Positions 25,730-34,525 of a DNA stretch of 64,000 nucleotides are shown here, one piece after another. Under the pieces are notes generated by a model, which ran no database searches, was not told the DNA's origin, and saw only the letters and a list, made by a program, of their open reading frames with translations. A program made the translations under genes and the position numbers. Origin of the DNA: Minisyncoccota bacterium (GTDB taxonomy: Bacteria; Patescibacteriota; Minisyncoccia; Phycocordibacterales; UBA9973); NCBI GenBank assembly GCA_041664745.1, contig JBAYKD010000003.1, positions 29,412 through 93,411 of the forward strand. The letters are read 5' to 3'. Numbering within the stretch: position 1 is the first letter of the stretch; every line of letters starts with the position of its first letter.

Positions 25730-27226
25730 TTATTCTTTTCTTAAAAACAATGGAGTCTCGGGCTTTTTATTTTCTTTAATTAGTTGTTTCAATTTTACGT
25801 TTGTTTCTGGCATTAGTGGATTAAGCATTCGAGCAATATCATAAAGTTTTAATACTAAATCTTTGATCATCTCCTTCCCTCTTTCTTCATCCACTTTCAC
25901 TACCTTGAATGGCTCGGTGGCTTGGATTGTTTTATCTAGTTCTCCTATTTTCTCCCATACATAATCAATTGCCTTTTTCAAATCAAAAGTTTCGTATATT
26001 GCAAAATATTCTGTGAAATCTGATTTTTCAGATATCTCTGGGCACTTGTCTAAATACTTTTCTGATAGAGTTAAAATACGAGATGAGAGATTCCCCAATC
26101 CATTCGCAAGGCCCGAATTGTAAGCATCTTTGAAACGCTCAAGAGTGAATGGACTGTCTTCGAAGCTTCCTACTTCACGAAGGAGGAAGTACCTGAGAGC
26201 ATCTGTGCCATATTCACTCACAATGTCCTTAGGATCAACTCCATTACCAAGACTCTTAGACATACGGACCCCTCCTTCAGCTGTTATGAAGCCATTCACT
26301 ACTATCTGGTGCGAGTTCGGCACTCCGGCCGCCATAAGCATCGCTTGCCACATAGCAGCTTGGAAACGAGTATTGTCCTTACCACAATATTGCGTCGGAT
26401 TTCCATTGACCCAATACTTTTGAAAATTGGATTCCGAATTTTCGCCCCCTGCTAAGGGGGAGATGCCAGAGGCAGAGGGGGTCTTTCCCTTTTCATCAGG
26501 CCAACCAAGTGTCGAAATATAATTCACAAGAGCATCAAACCAGACGTACATCACCTGATCGGAATCCCCTGGAACCTCTATGCCCCAAGGCATTTTCTCT
26601 TTCAAACGAGAAATTGAGAAATCAATGAGACCTCCTTTAACAAAATTTTTGATCTCATTTAGTCTAAAATCAGGAATAACAAAGTTGGGATTCTCCTCAT
26701 AAAATTTTAAAAGCTTTTCACCAAACTCCGAATATTTGAAGAAATAATTCTCTTCGTTTATAGTTTTAAGTTCAAGATTAGGGTGGAGTGGGCATTTGCC
26801 ATCTACTAGCTCAGAGTCAGTTTTCTCACTTTCACAACCGACGCAATACTTGGCCTCGTAAGTTTTCTTGTAAATGTATCCATTGTTCTGTACCCTCTTC
26901 CAGAATTCCTGTGCAGCACTTTCGTGAGCTTTGTCAGTCGTACGAATAAAGTGGATGTCCTCCACAATTCCAAACATCTTCAATTGTTCTTTAAAAGTCA
27001 CAAACCCTTGATCAACAAATGCTTGGGTGGGGGTATTTTCTTCTTTGGCTTTCTCAAATATTTTCATGCCATGCTCATCAGTGCCAGTATTGAAATAAAC
27101 ATCATATCCAAGTAATTTCTTATAGCGAACAATTGTATCTGCACGGACGAATTCTAAGGCATGCCCCATATGAAGTGGTGCGTTTACGTAAGGAAGAGTA
27201 GTAGTTAGAAAGAAAGTTTTAGACAT
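25730..27226 (-). CDS. metG: Methionine--tRNA ligase (short form)
   Basis: Class I HIGH-type motif (PYVNAPLHMGHA), a Zn knuckle (CVGCESEK...CPLH) and KMSKS. It contains an in-frame repeat-derived insertion of about 20 aa. Confidence 0.9.
   Translation of the reverse strand: MSKTFFLTTTLPYVNAPLHMGHALEFVRADTIVRYKKLLGYDVYFNTGTDEHGMKIFEKAKEENTPTQAFVDQGFVTFKEQLKMFGIVEDIHFIRTTDKAHESAAQEFWKRVQNNGYIYKKTYEAKYCVGCESEKTDSELVDGKCPLHPNLELKTINEENYFFKYSEFGEKLLKFYEENPNFVIPDFRLNEIKNFVKGGLIDFSISRLKEKMPWGIEVPGDSDQVMYVWFDALVNYISTLGWPDEKGKTPSASGISPLAGGENSESNFQKYWVNGNPTQYCGKDNTRFQAAMWQAMLMAAGVPNSHQIVVNGFITAEGGVRMSKSLGNGVDPKDIVSEYGTDALRYFLLREVGSFEDSPFTLERFKDAYNSGLANGLGNLSSRILTLSEKYLDKCPEISEKSDFTEYFAIYETFDLKKAIDYVWEKIGELDKTIQATEPFKVVKVDEERGKEMIKDLVLKLYDIARMLNPLMPETNVKLKQLIKENKKPETPLFLRKE
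26444..26484. repeat. Half copy of the GC-rich element inserted in frame in metG
   Basis: GCCCCCTGCTAAGGGGGAGATGCCAGAGGCAGAGGGGGTCT compares with CCCCCTTACTAAGGGGGAGATGCCGGAGGCAGAAGGGGTCT at 16427-16468. It is translated on the minus strand as KTPSASGISPLAGGENSES. Confidence 0.8.
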
Positions 27227-27236
27227 AAAATATTAA

Positions 27237-28307
27237 TTAATTATCTCGAGCTAAAATCTTTTTCTTTTCAATGTCGTCTAAAAATTCAAATAAACAAACA
27301 GCAAATGGAATAGCTAGTATGACGCCCCAGAAGCCAGCTAATTCTAAGCCAATAAGAATAGAAAGGATAATAACAAGTGGAGATATGCCTATGACCTTTT
27401 TTATAACTAAAGGATAAATAAGGTAAGCTTCAAATTGATGTAATATGAAATACAAACCACCTGAAAGCAAAGCAAGAGTCACGCCACCATCTAGATAAGA
27501 GAATGCGACAGCAGGGATAACAGCTAAATAAATACCAAAAGGAATAAGCTCCAAGAAACCAGTTATCAAGGCGAGAACCAACGAATATTTCACACCCAAA
27601 ATCGTAAGACCTAGGTAGGTAAGTACTCCCATTATGAGGCCTATCAGCATTTGGCCTTGCATCCAAAGGCCAATTTTGTGCTCTGTACGCTGCCATAGAT
27701 CGATAATATATTCTTCACTTTCATCAGGAATAATAATTCGAAGGAAATTTTCAATACCTTTCTCTTTGATAGATAAATAAAATGAAATCATTACGATCAG
27801 GATAAGGTTCATTAAACTCCCGAAAACTTGACTGAATATATTGAACAAACCACCAGAAAGACTACTAGCTAAACCTTGAGTACTTTTTACAAGATCCCCA
27901 ATAGATCCACTAGAAGAAATCGTATTGACAACTCCCTTCGCACCAGAGATTGCAGCTGGCTGGAAAGTATTTAGAATACTACCGTTAGGAATATATGAAC
28001 TGAGCGATGAAACAAGTGAGGACATTTCATCAATAAATACAGGGATGAAAACTGAAGCTAACCCAATCAAAACTGAAAAGACAAAAACATAAATCAAGAA
28101 CACAAGTAAAGCTCGATTCTTGATATATCGCTTGAGTTTACCCACAGCAGACTCGACAAAAGAAGCGATAACTATAGCTGTCAAAACTATCAAAATAATA
28201 TTGATAAGTCTAATGGAAAGGAAAATAAGCCCAACAACTACCAAAACCTTAACTATAGTTTCAGTTGAAATACTAACCTTTAAATGTTTTGTGTTATCGT
28301 CGCTCAT
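27237..28307 (-). CDS. AI-2E family transporter (PerM/YhhT-like permease)
   Basis: 356 aa, polytopic, with a conserved C-terminal GFWGVILAIP block. Confidence 0.75.
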   Translation of the reverse strand: MSDDNTKHLKVSISTETIVKVLVVVGLIFLSIRLINIILIVLTAIVIASFVESAVGKLKRYIKNRALLVFLIYVFVFSVLIGLASVFIPVFIDEMSSLVSSLSSYIPNGSILNTFQPAAISGAKGVVNTISSSGSIGDLVKSTQGLASSLSGGLFNIFSQVFGSLMNLILIVMISFYLSIKEKGIENFLRIIIPDESEEYIIDLWQRTEHKIGLWMQGQMLIGLIMGVLTYLGLTILGVKYSLVLALITGFLELIPFGIYLAVIPAVAFSYLDGGVTLALLSGGLYFILHQFEAYLIYPLVIKKVIGISPLVIILSILIGLELAGFWGVILAIPFAVCLFEFLDDIEKKKILARDN

Positions 28308-28341
28308 ATTTTACATAATATCACAATTTAGAGCCTATTAC

Positions 28342-29613
28342 CTAGAACTTTAAAATGTCTAAAAATTGAGTATTTTCTTTGTAAGGACCTATTATCGCGA
28401 GATTCAGATTCTTGGTTTTAAAGATAATTTTAGCCATTTTTTGAATATCTTCTGCTGTTACTTTTTTAATCTCTTTTATTTTCTCATCTAGAGTCTTCAT
28501 TTCCCTCTTCATTAGTTCTTGTGCACCATAAAAGTTCGCAACATCATCCGTAGCTTCGAGGGACATCTTCATATTACCAATTATCAAAGCCTTCACTTTA
28601 TCAAGTTCCTTTTCACCTACTTTCTTATTTATAAGTAAATTACATTCTTTAATTATTTCTCCGATGACTTCTTCTACTCTTTTATTATTTACACCAGCAG
28701 AAATCTGCATTGACCCATGATCAAGTGATGGACTATTGTAAACTCGTACATAGTAAGCTACACCCATTTCTTCACGAAGTTTAGAGAAAAGTCTTGAACT
28801 CATTCCAGCACCGAGTACCCCGCACAAAAGTGACAACGTCGTATTTCTCTTGTCAAATAAGGAGAAACTACGTACTCCAAGTATAAAGTGAGTCTGGTCA
28901 GTATCTTTATATAAAACTTTTACGTTTGGTTTGGATTGGATATCTTTCGTCTTCGATTTCTTTTCTCCATTATTCACAGGGACATCTTTAAAATATTTAC
29001 CTACTTCTTTATAAACTTCATCATTCTTAATATTACCTGCGACTATGACAACTGTTTTCGTGGCGACGTAATGACTCTTTTTATAATTTACAAAATTATC
29101 CCGAATCATTTTCTTTATATTCTCTTTAGACCCTAAGGTACTTCGTCCAGCTGGTTGTTCACCATAAAGAACTTCACTCCATAGATCAGATACATGGGCT
29201 TGCGGCATGTCCTCATACATATTGATCTCTTCTGTTATCACACCTTTCTCTTTCTCCATTTCACTACTCGGAAAAGTAGAGTTTAAATATATATCAGATA
29301 TGATATCAAAAATTTGTTTGAAATTCTTTGAGTCCCCTTTCGCATAAAATCCAGTAAGCTCATTGCCGGTGAAAGCATTGTACTGACAACCAAGAGAGTC
29401 AAGCTCGTGGGAAATAATCTGTGCAGAATTCCTCTTCAAAGTCCCCTTGAAGCACATATGCTCTAAGAAGTGCGAAATACCATTTACCTCTTTCTCTTCA
29501 TAATCACTTCCGGTACCCACAAGGACAAGAACCGTTACCGTCGGATTATCCTTCATCGGCACCGTAATCACCCTTAGGCCATTCTTATATGTTTTCTTTT
29601 TAGCTTTTTGCAT
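28342..29613 (-). CDS. M16 family zinc peptidase (insulinase/pitrilysin-like)
   Basis: Inverted zinc motif HFLEHMCFKGT plus a downstream Glu; 423 aa with a two-domain layout. Confidence 0.85.
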   Translation of the reverse strand: MQKAKKKTYKNGLRVITVPMKDNPTVTVLVLVGTGSDYEEKEVNGISHFLEHMCFKGTLKRNSAQIISHELDSLGCQYNAFTGNELTGFYAKGDSKNFKQIFDIISDIYLNSTFPSSEMEKEKGVITEEINMYEDMPQAHVSDLWSEVLYGEQPAGRSTLGSKENIKKMIRDNFVNYKKSHYVATKTVVIVAGNIKNDEVYKEVGKYFKDVPVNNGEKKSKTKDIQSKPNVKVLYKDTDQTHFILGVRSFSLFDKRNTTLSLLCGVLGAGMSSRLFSKLREEMGVAYYVRVYNSPSLDHGSMQISAGVNNKRVEEVIGEIIKECNLLINKKVGEKELDKVKALIIGNMKMSLEATDDVANFYGAQELMKREMKTLDEKIKEIKKVTAEDIQKMAKIIFKTKNLNLAIIGPYKENTQFLDILKF

Positions 29614-29654
29614 AGAGGCATTTTAGCATATTTTGAGGGTATTATAAAATTGAT

Positions 29655-29691
29655 AAAAAGCGTCCCCAAGCAATGCTTGGGGACGCTTTTA
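29655..29691. terminator. Intrinsic terminator after glyQS (bidirectional hairpin)
   Basis: aaaAGCGTCCCCAAGCaatGCTTGGGGACGCTttt. Confidence 0.8.
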
Positions 29692-29693
29692 CT

Positions 29694-30992
29694 TTAATTC
29701 ATTTTTTCTTTTATATAATCCACTATGTCTTCTTTCTTTATTCTCTCTTGCTTGCCAGTATCACGATCGCGGATAGTGACGGAGTCATCGGTCAAAGTAT
29801 CAAAGTCGACAACTATACACCACGGCGTACCTATCTCATCCTGTCTTCTGTAACGCTTGCCTATGTTGCCATTGTCGTCCCACATTACTCGCCCAAACTC
29901 ATCCTTAAGATTACGATAGATTATACGAGCATACTCTCTAAGCTCTGGTTTATTCTTCAAAAGGGGCGATACAGCGCAAACTACGGGGGCTACAGACGAT
30001 TTAAATGCTAAATATGGCCTTACCTCTTCCCCACTCTCATCCTCCGTATAAGCACTTAATAATAAGGCTAAAAATGTCCTTTCCACACCAAAAGATGGCT
30101 CTATAACATGAGGAATTATCTTTGTACTTGTCTCCTCATCTTGATATATAAGATTATGACTTTTTAAATCAAAGTCTGTTCTATAAGCTAAACCATAAAG
30201 TTCTTTCCTTCCAAATGGGAAATCAAACTCAAAATCAATAGTGCGTTTTGAATAATGCGCAAGGTCCTCTTTGTCTACTTCAAGCTCATGAACTTTATTC
30301 ATATCTATACCCATACTCTCCATCCAAGAGAGCATCTCATCTCGGAAATATTCAAAATAATTTTCCCAACCTTCCTCCTTTATAAAATATTCTACTTCCA
30401 TTTGCTCTATCTCACGCACACGGAAAATAAAATCACGGGGAGTGATCTCATTCCTGAAAGCCTTCCCTATCTGAGCCATACCGAACGGCAACTTTGGGTG
30501 GAAAGAGTCTACAACGTTTTTAAAATTCACAAACATTCCTTGGGCTGTCTCAGGTCTTAGATAAACCGTGGCGGAAGAATCCTCTACTGCACCTATCTGC
30601 GTCTGAAACATCATATTGAATTGACGAGCAGGACCAGTCTTGCCTCCACAGTCATCACAAACACCTTTCTCTTTTAAAGTATCTTCACGGAATCTCTTTT
30701 TACATTTTGTACATTCTACAAGTGGATCTGTGAAAGTATCTACGTGCCCTGAGGCTTTCCAAACAGCACTATTCATAAGAATCGCTGCGTCTACTCCATA
30801 CATGTCGTCTCTGCCATCTACAAACTTTTTCCACCATAAAGTTTTAATATTATTCTTGAGAGCAACTCCGAGTGGGCCATAATCGAAAGTCCCTGCGAGT
30901 CCACCATAAATCTCTGAGCCTTGATAAACAAACCCTCTCCTCTTACAGAGTGACATAATCTTGTCCATTAAATTGTTTTCTTCTTTTTCCAT
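29694..30992 (-). CDS. glyQS: Glycine--tRNA ligase (class II, homodimeric GlyQS type)
   Basis: GFVYQGSEIYGGLAGTFDYGPLG, FRNEITPR, class II motifs and a C-terminal anticodon-binding domain. Confidence 0.9.
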   Translation of the reverse strand: MEKEENNLMDKIMSLCKRRGFVYQGSEIYGGLAGTFDYGPLGVALKNNIKTLWWKKFVDGRDDMYGVDAAILMNSAVWKASGHVDTFTDPLVECTKCKKRFREDTLKEKGVCDDCGGKTGPARQFNMMFQTQIGAVEDSSATVYLRPETAQGMFVNFKNVVDSFHPKLPFGMAQIGKAFRNEITPRDFIFRVREIEQMEVEYFIKEEGWENYFEYFRDEMLSWMESMGIDMNKVHELEVDKEDLAHYSKRTIDFEFDFPFGRKELYGLAYRTDFDLKSHNLIYQDEETSTKIIPHVIEPSFGVERTFLALLLSAYTEDESGEEVRPYLAFKSSVAPVVCAVSPLLKNKPELREYARIIYRNLKDEFGRVMWDDNGNIGKRYRRQDEIGTPWCIVVDFDTLTDDSVTIRDRDTGKQERIKKEDIVDYIKEKMN

Positions 30993-30994
30993 AT

Positions 30995-32863
30995 TTATTG
31001 TATAACACGTTCCTGTCCTGATTGAAAGACCGGATCTCCTGATAATAAAGTATTAATAGCCATATATGTATCCTTCACAAGGGTACCCGTAAATGCGTCT
31101 GTACCTGAAAGGTAAACTTCCTTCATAAGTTGAGGAACACTTCCGACTTGTGATGTTGATGGATTAAGCGCAATAACAAATGACCCTTCGCGACTATTTG
31201 CTCCACCGGTATTCGCACTAACTGATCCTATATTCCAAATAACTTCACGAGTAACTTCATTATAAGTTATATTCTCACGTGGTGAAGAATTACTAACCCA
31301 CTTTACATAGATAGGTAAGACTGATCTAGCAACTGCACCTGAAAGAGCATTACTGCCATTCCTTATACTCCAAGTCACATTGTAATGAGTCAGAGTCTCT
31401 GCTTTCGGAGGAAGAGAACCATCTTTGTAACTAGCAGAAGAAGCGATTTGGAAATCTGACAACATTTTCACAATTTTTTTCGAGAAATTATTTATCTCAG
31501 TATAGGTCGATCCAAGAGATGGTCGACGACCCTTTATACTAACATCAATGGTCATTTGTGGATCTTTGATACTACTATCTCCACTTAAAGAAGATAAGGA
31601 TTTAATACTAAAATTCAATTCGCCTTTCTCCCCTGGCTCAATACTAGATAAATCTGAATTGGAATTTTTGTCCCAAATTATACGACTGTTTTGCGAATCA
31701 AAGAATCCTTCCCCAGGATCTACGGACATTTTATCCAATACATTTCCACCTAGGTTGGCAATAATTTCACCATCTGTAATTCTATCTGATAAATTATTCG
31801 CCCAAGTTATTCGAACATTCACCTTCTCTCCTAAAGATGATGTATCATTAACTAATATATTGGCTTCTAAGAAAGGCTTAATAATAGTGACAGTTTGAAT
31901 TAAGGAATTATAAACTACATCTATAGTGGACTTATCAGTCTTCTTGGTCGTACCAGCATAGACGTGGAAAACTTGCTGGTCTTGATCTTGGCCTATTATC
32001 CTACCAGTAACAATAATCTTGACCGGATTCGTTAGACTCAAATCACTCAAACTCCACATAGAATTATTGAAAACTGGAGCAGGTATAGCACTCTCAAAAA
32101 TAAAATTGTTCGGGTACGTTAGCTGTAGCATCGTGTCACTACTTGGAAGAGTTGTGTTTAAAGTCGCCTTTACTGTAAAAGATATAGGTTGATCAGAAGT
32201 CACAGTACTAGGTGCATCAACTGATAAAGATAGAGGAGCGGAACTAATATTTACAGCATAAGCCTTTTCTTTTGTAAAAATAGCATTGGAACCCTCTGGG
32301 TGATAATCAAGAGAAACATTGACACTGCGATCAGATCTCTCATCTCCAAAGAGAGTCACTTTAATATTCTTTGTGACTGTTTCGCCTGGTTTAATCGTAC
32401 CAATATTTATACGGGGTAAACGAACAACGTCAACTTCTGCATTACTGGCACCACTAGGATAAGATATTAAAAGATTGGCAAGTTCAAGACTCGCCTTGTT
32501 GCGATTCACAACTTCTATCTCTAAGGGAAGCTCCTCCCCTCCTTTAGTAAAAGCATTACCGATAACAGTGATGTCTATATTGTCGCTCGTCACAGAAACT
32601 CCGCCTTTATAAAAAGTATAAAGAGAAAATCCTGCGGCTCCAAAGAAAAATATAATGGCTACAATAAAAAACTTTTTAAATATTGATGTTTTAGGTTTAC
32701 GTATATCACTCATAGAATTATTCAACTCTTCATTCCTCCATTCCGGCTCTACTTTGTGATTCACCTTATGAAGTACACCCTCGTGAACACGGTGAGTTAC
32801 GGTATCAACAGGGTCATAAAGATGACGCTTGATATCTTCAATTTTGTGATCACTTTCTGTCAT
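30995..32863 (-). CDS. Large membrane-anchored hypothetical protein with repeated Ig-like/beta-sandwich regions
   Basis: 622 aa with one TM helix near aa 65-85 and beta-rich extracellular sequence. No catalytic motif was recognised. Confidence 0.4.
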   Translation of the reverse strand: MTESDHKIEDIKRHLYDPVDTVTHRVHEGVLHKVNHKVEPEWRNEELNNSMSDIRKPKTSIFKKFFIVAIIFFFGAAGFSLYTFYKGGVSVTSDNIDITVIGNAFTKGGEELPLEIEVVNRNKASLELANLLISYPSGASNAEVDVVRLPRINIGTIKPGETVTKNIKVTLFGDERSDRSVNVSLDYHPEGSNAIFTKEKAYAVNISSAPLSLSVDAPSTVTSDQPISFTVKATLNTTLPSSDTMLQLTYPNNFIFESAIPAPVFNNSMWSLSDLSLTNPVKIIVTGRIIGQDQDQQVFHVYAGTTKKTDKSTIDVVYNSLIQTVTIIKPFLEANILVNDTSSLGEKVNVRITWANNLSDRITDGEIIANLGGNVLDKMSVDPGEGFFDSQNSRIIWDKNSNSDLSSIEPGEKGELNFSIKSLSSLSGDSSIKDPQMTIDVSIKGRRPSLGSTYTEINNFSKKIVKMLSDFQIASSASYKDGSLPPKAETLTHYNVTWSIRNGSNALSGAVARSVLPIYVKWVSNSSPRENITYNEVTREVIWNIGSVSANTGGANSREGSFVIALNPSTSQVGSVPQLMKEVYLSGTDAFTGTLVKDTYMAINTLLSGDPVFQSGQERVIQ

Positions 32864-32890
32864 ACTTTTATTATTATATCATATTTTAAA

Positions 32891-33475
32891 TTAAAGTTGA
32901 CTTTCATTTAGAGCTTTATTTATATGAGATATAATGGATTGTTTTTCTTTCAAAAGTAAATTGGTTTTGTAAAGATTGATAGGACAACCAAGATAACCCG
33001 ATAGGTCCGCTGACTCCCCTATATATCCGAGTGAATTCATTATTCTTAAAACGAGATGAAGTTCGAGTGCCTCACGAGAACTAGACTCTATCTCTGTATT
33101 ATCAAGTAAGTATAATGCTTGGATAAAATCATCAAATATTTTCTCATTGGATTCTTCACCATCACAAAGCCTCTCTAATAATTTACTTATACGAGCAATT
33201 ATAAGTAATGAAGGACGCGATTTGCGAGCAAAGGGAAAAGTGGAAATATTTGAAGCCGTTGTCACTCGCCAAATATCTTTACCGCGAACAAAATCAATTT
33301 TTGCATAAGAAAAATCCTGCATTGAAAACCTGAGCTTCGACTTGTGGAGTCGGACACCTTGCACCATCGCACGCACGAGACCCATCTCACGAGTATAGAT
33401 CGTAAGCATTTTGTTCGCTTCACCCTTGTTATACGAATTTAGTATAAATCCATTTGTGTGATAAATATGGTGCAT
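32891..33475 (-). CDS. recO: DNA repair protein RecO (short form)
   Basis: N-terminal OB fold (GFILNSYNKGEANKMLTIYTREMGLVRAMVQGVR); 194 aa. Confidence 0.75.
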   Translation of the reverse strand: MHHIYHTNGFILNSYNKGEANKMLTIYTREMGLVRAMVQGVRLHKSKLRFSMQDFSYAKIDFVRGKDIWRVTTASNISTFPFARKSRPSLLIIARISKLLERLCDGEESNEKIFDDFIQALYLLDNTEIESSSREALELHLVLRIMNSLGYIGESADLSGYLGCPINLYKTNLLLKEKQSIISHINKALNESQL

Positions 33476-33494
33476 TATAAATCAAGTTTAATAA

Positions 33495-34085
33495 TTATTT
33501 TCTAAAATGAGTAGTTCCTAGAGAATTGGTCATCTTTAATAATGATTCTAAGGCAGGTGGCAATACAAAACAGGAAGCAGAACCATTCAAGTGACCACCA
33601 TTTGGAATAATAATTAGATCACATGCTAACTTTTTAGATAGTTCAATCGCATCAGACAAAGGAACATTAACATCATTGTCTCCATGAATTATTGTGAAAT
33701 TCTTGCAGACATTTTTAATATGATCAAAATCAAATGTTGTATCTAAAAAAGTATCAACTGATTCGTATCCCTCCTTCTCTATCTTTGATAATGGGCCCGA
33801 GACGAGCACAGCCCCACCTATCTTGTAGTCTGTATCCAAACTCTCTAAATATCGGAGAATAGCAGGCACACCCAAAGAATGCCCTATTAAGAAGATATCT
33901 TCTGTAGGATTCTTTACAGCCTCTTTAATAGCTGTAATCCAGTCACTTTTTACAGGCATATCTGGAGCGGGCATTGGTATAGCACACGCATATATATCAT
34001 TCTTTGCGAGCTCCCCCATAAGCCAAGGCCGCCAGCCACCATTGGGCTTGCCGTGGAAACCATGAATCATAAATACTTTTTTCAT
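33495..34085 (-). CDS. Alpha/beta serine hydrolase, RBBP9/YdeN-like
   Basis: The MIHGFHGKPNGGW start, the GHSLG nucleophile elbow and C-terminal D...H residues are present. Confidence 0.7.
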   Translation of the reverse strand: MKKVFMIHGFHGKPNGGWRPWLMGELAKNDIYACAIPMPAPDMPVKSDWITAIKEAVKNPTEDIFLIGHSLGVPAILRYLESLDTDYKIGGAVLVSGPLSKIEKEGYESVDTFLDTTFDFDHIKNVCKNFTIIHGDNDVNVPLSDAIELSKKLACDLIIIPNGGHLNGSASCFVLPPALESLLKMTNSLGTTHFRK

Positions 34086-34089
34086 GCCT

Positions 34090-34524
34090 CTATTTTACCA
34101 TATTATCAAGATAATTTTTAGCCTCTTTCAAAACCTCATTTCGGCTCTCATGGTAGAAAATATCTAATGCTTCTTTAAATGTTACCCACTTATATTCACT
34201 AACTTCTTTCTCATCAATTTTAACATTCTTATCGTCTACAAACCCTATAAAATATTCATTAACTTTTAATTTATTCCCTTCAGTATAAGAAAGTTCATAT
34301 TCCTCATGAATAAGAGGAAAATCTAGAATTTTTATTTTAGTTATACCAGTCTCCTCTTCTAACTCACGCATGGCTGTCTCAATCGGAGTCTCACCTTCCT
34401 CCATGTGACCCTTAGCAAAACTCCAATTATCAATATTGGTTTTTATTTGTTTAAGAATTAAAAATTTAGGTTGTTCTTCTTTGAAAACAACAATAACACC
34501 ATAACATTGTTCTATTGGTAACAT
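34090..34524 (-). CDS. NUDIX hydrolase (Ap4A-hydrolase-like)
   Basis: Nudix box GHMEEGETPIETAMRELEEETGI. The start codon abuts the ileS stop. Confidence 0.75.
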   Translation of the reverse strand: MLPIEQCYGVIVVFKEEQPKFLILKQIKTNIDNWSFAKGHMEEGETPIETAMRELEEETGITKIKILDFPLIHEEYELSYTEGNKLKVNEYFIGFVDDKNVKIDEKEVSEYKWVTFKEALDIFYHESRNEVLKEAKNYLDNMVK

Positions 34525-34525
34525 G

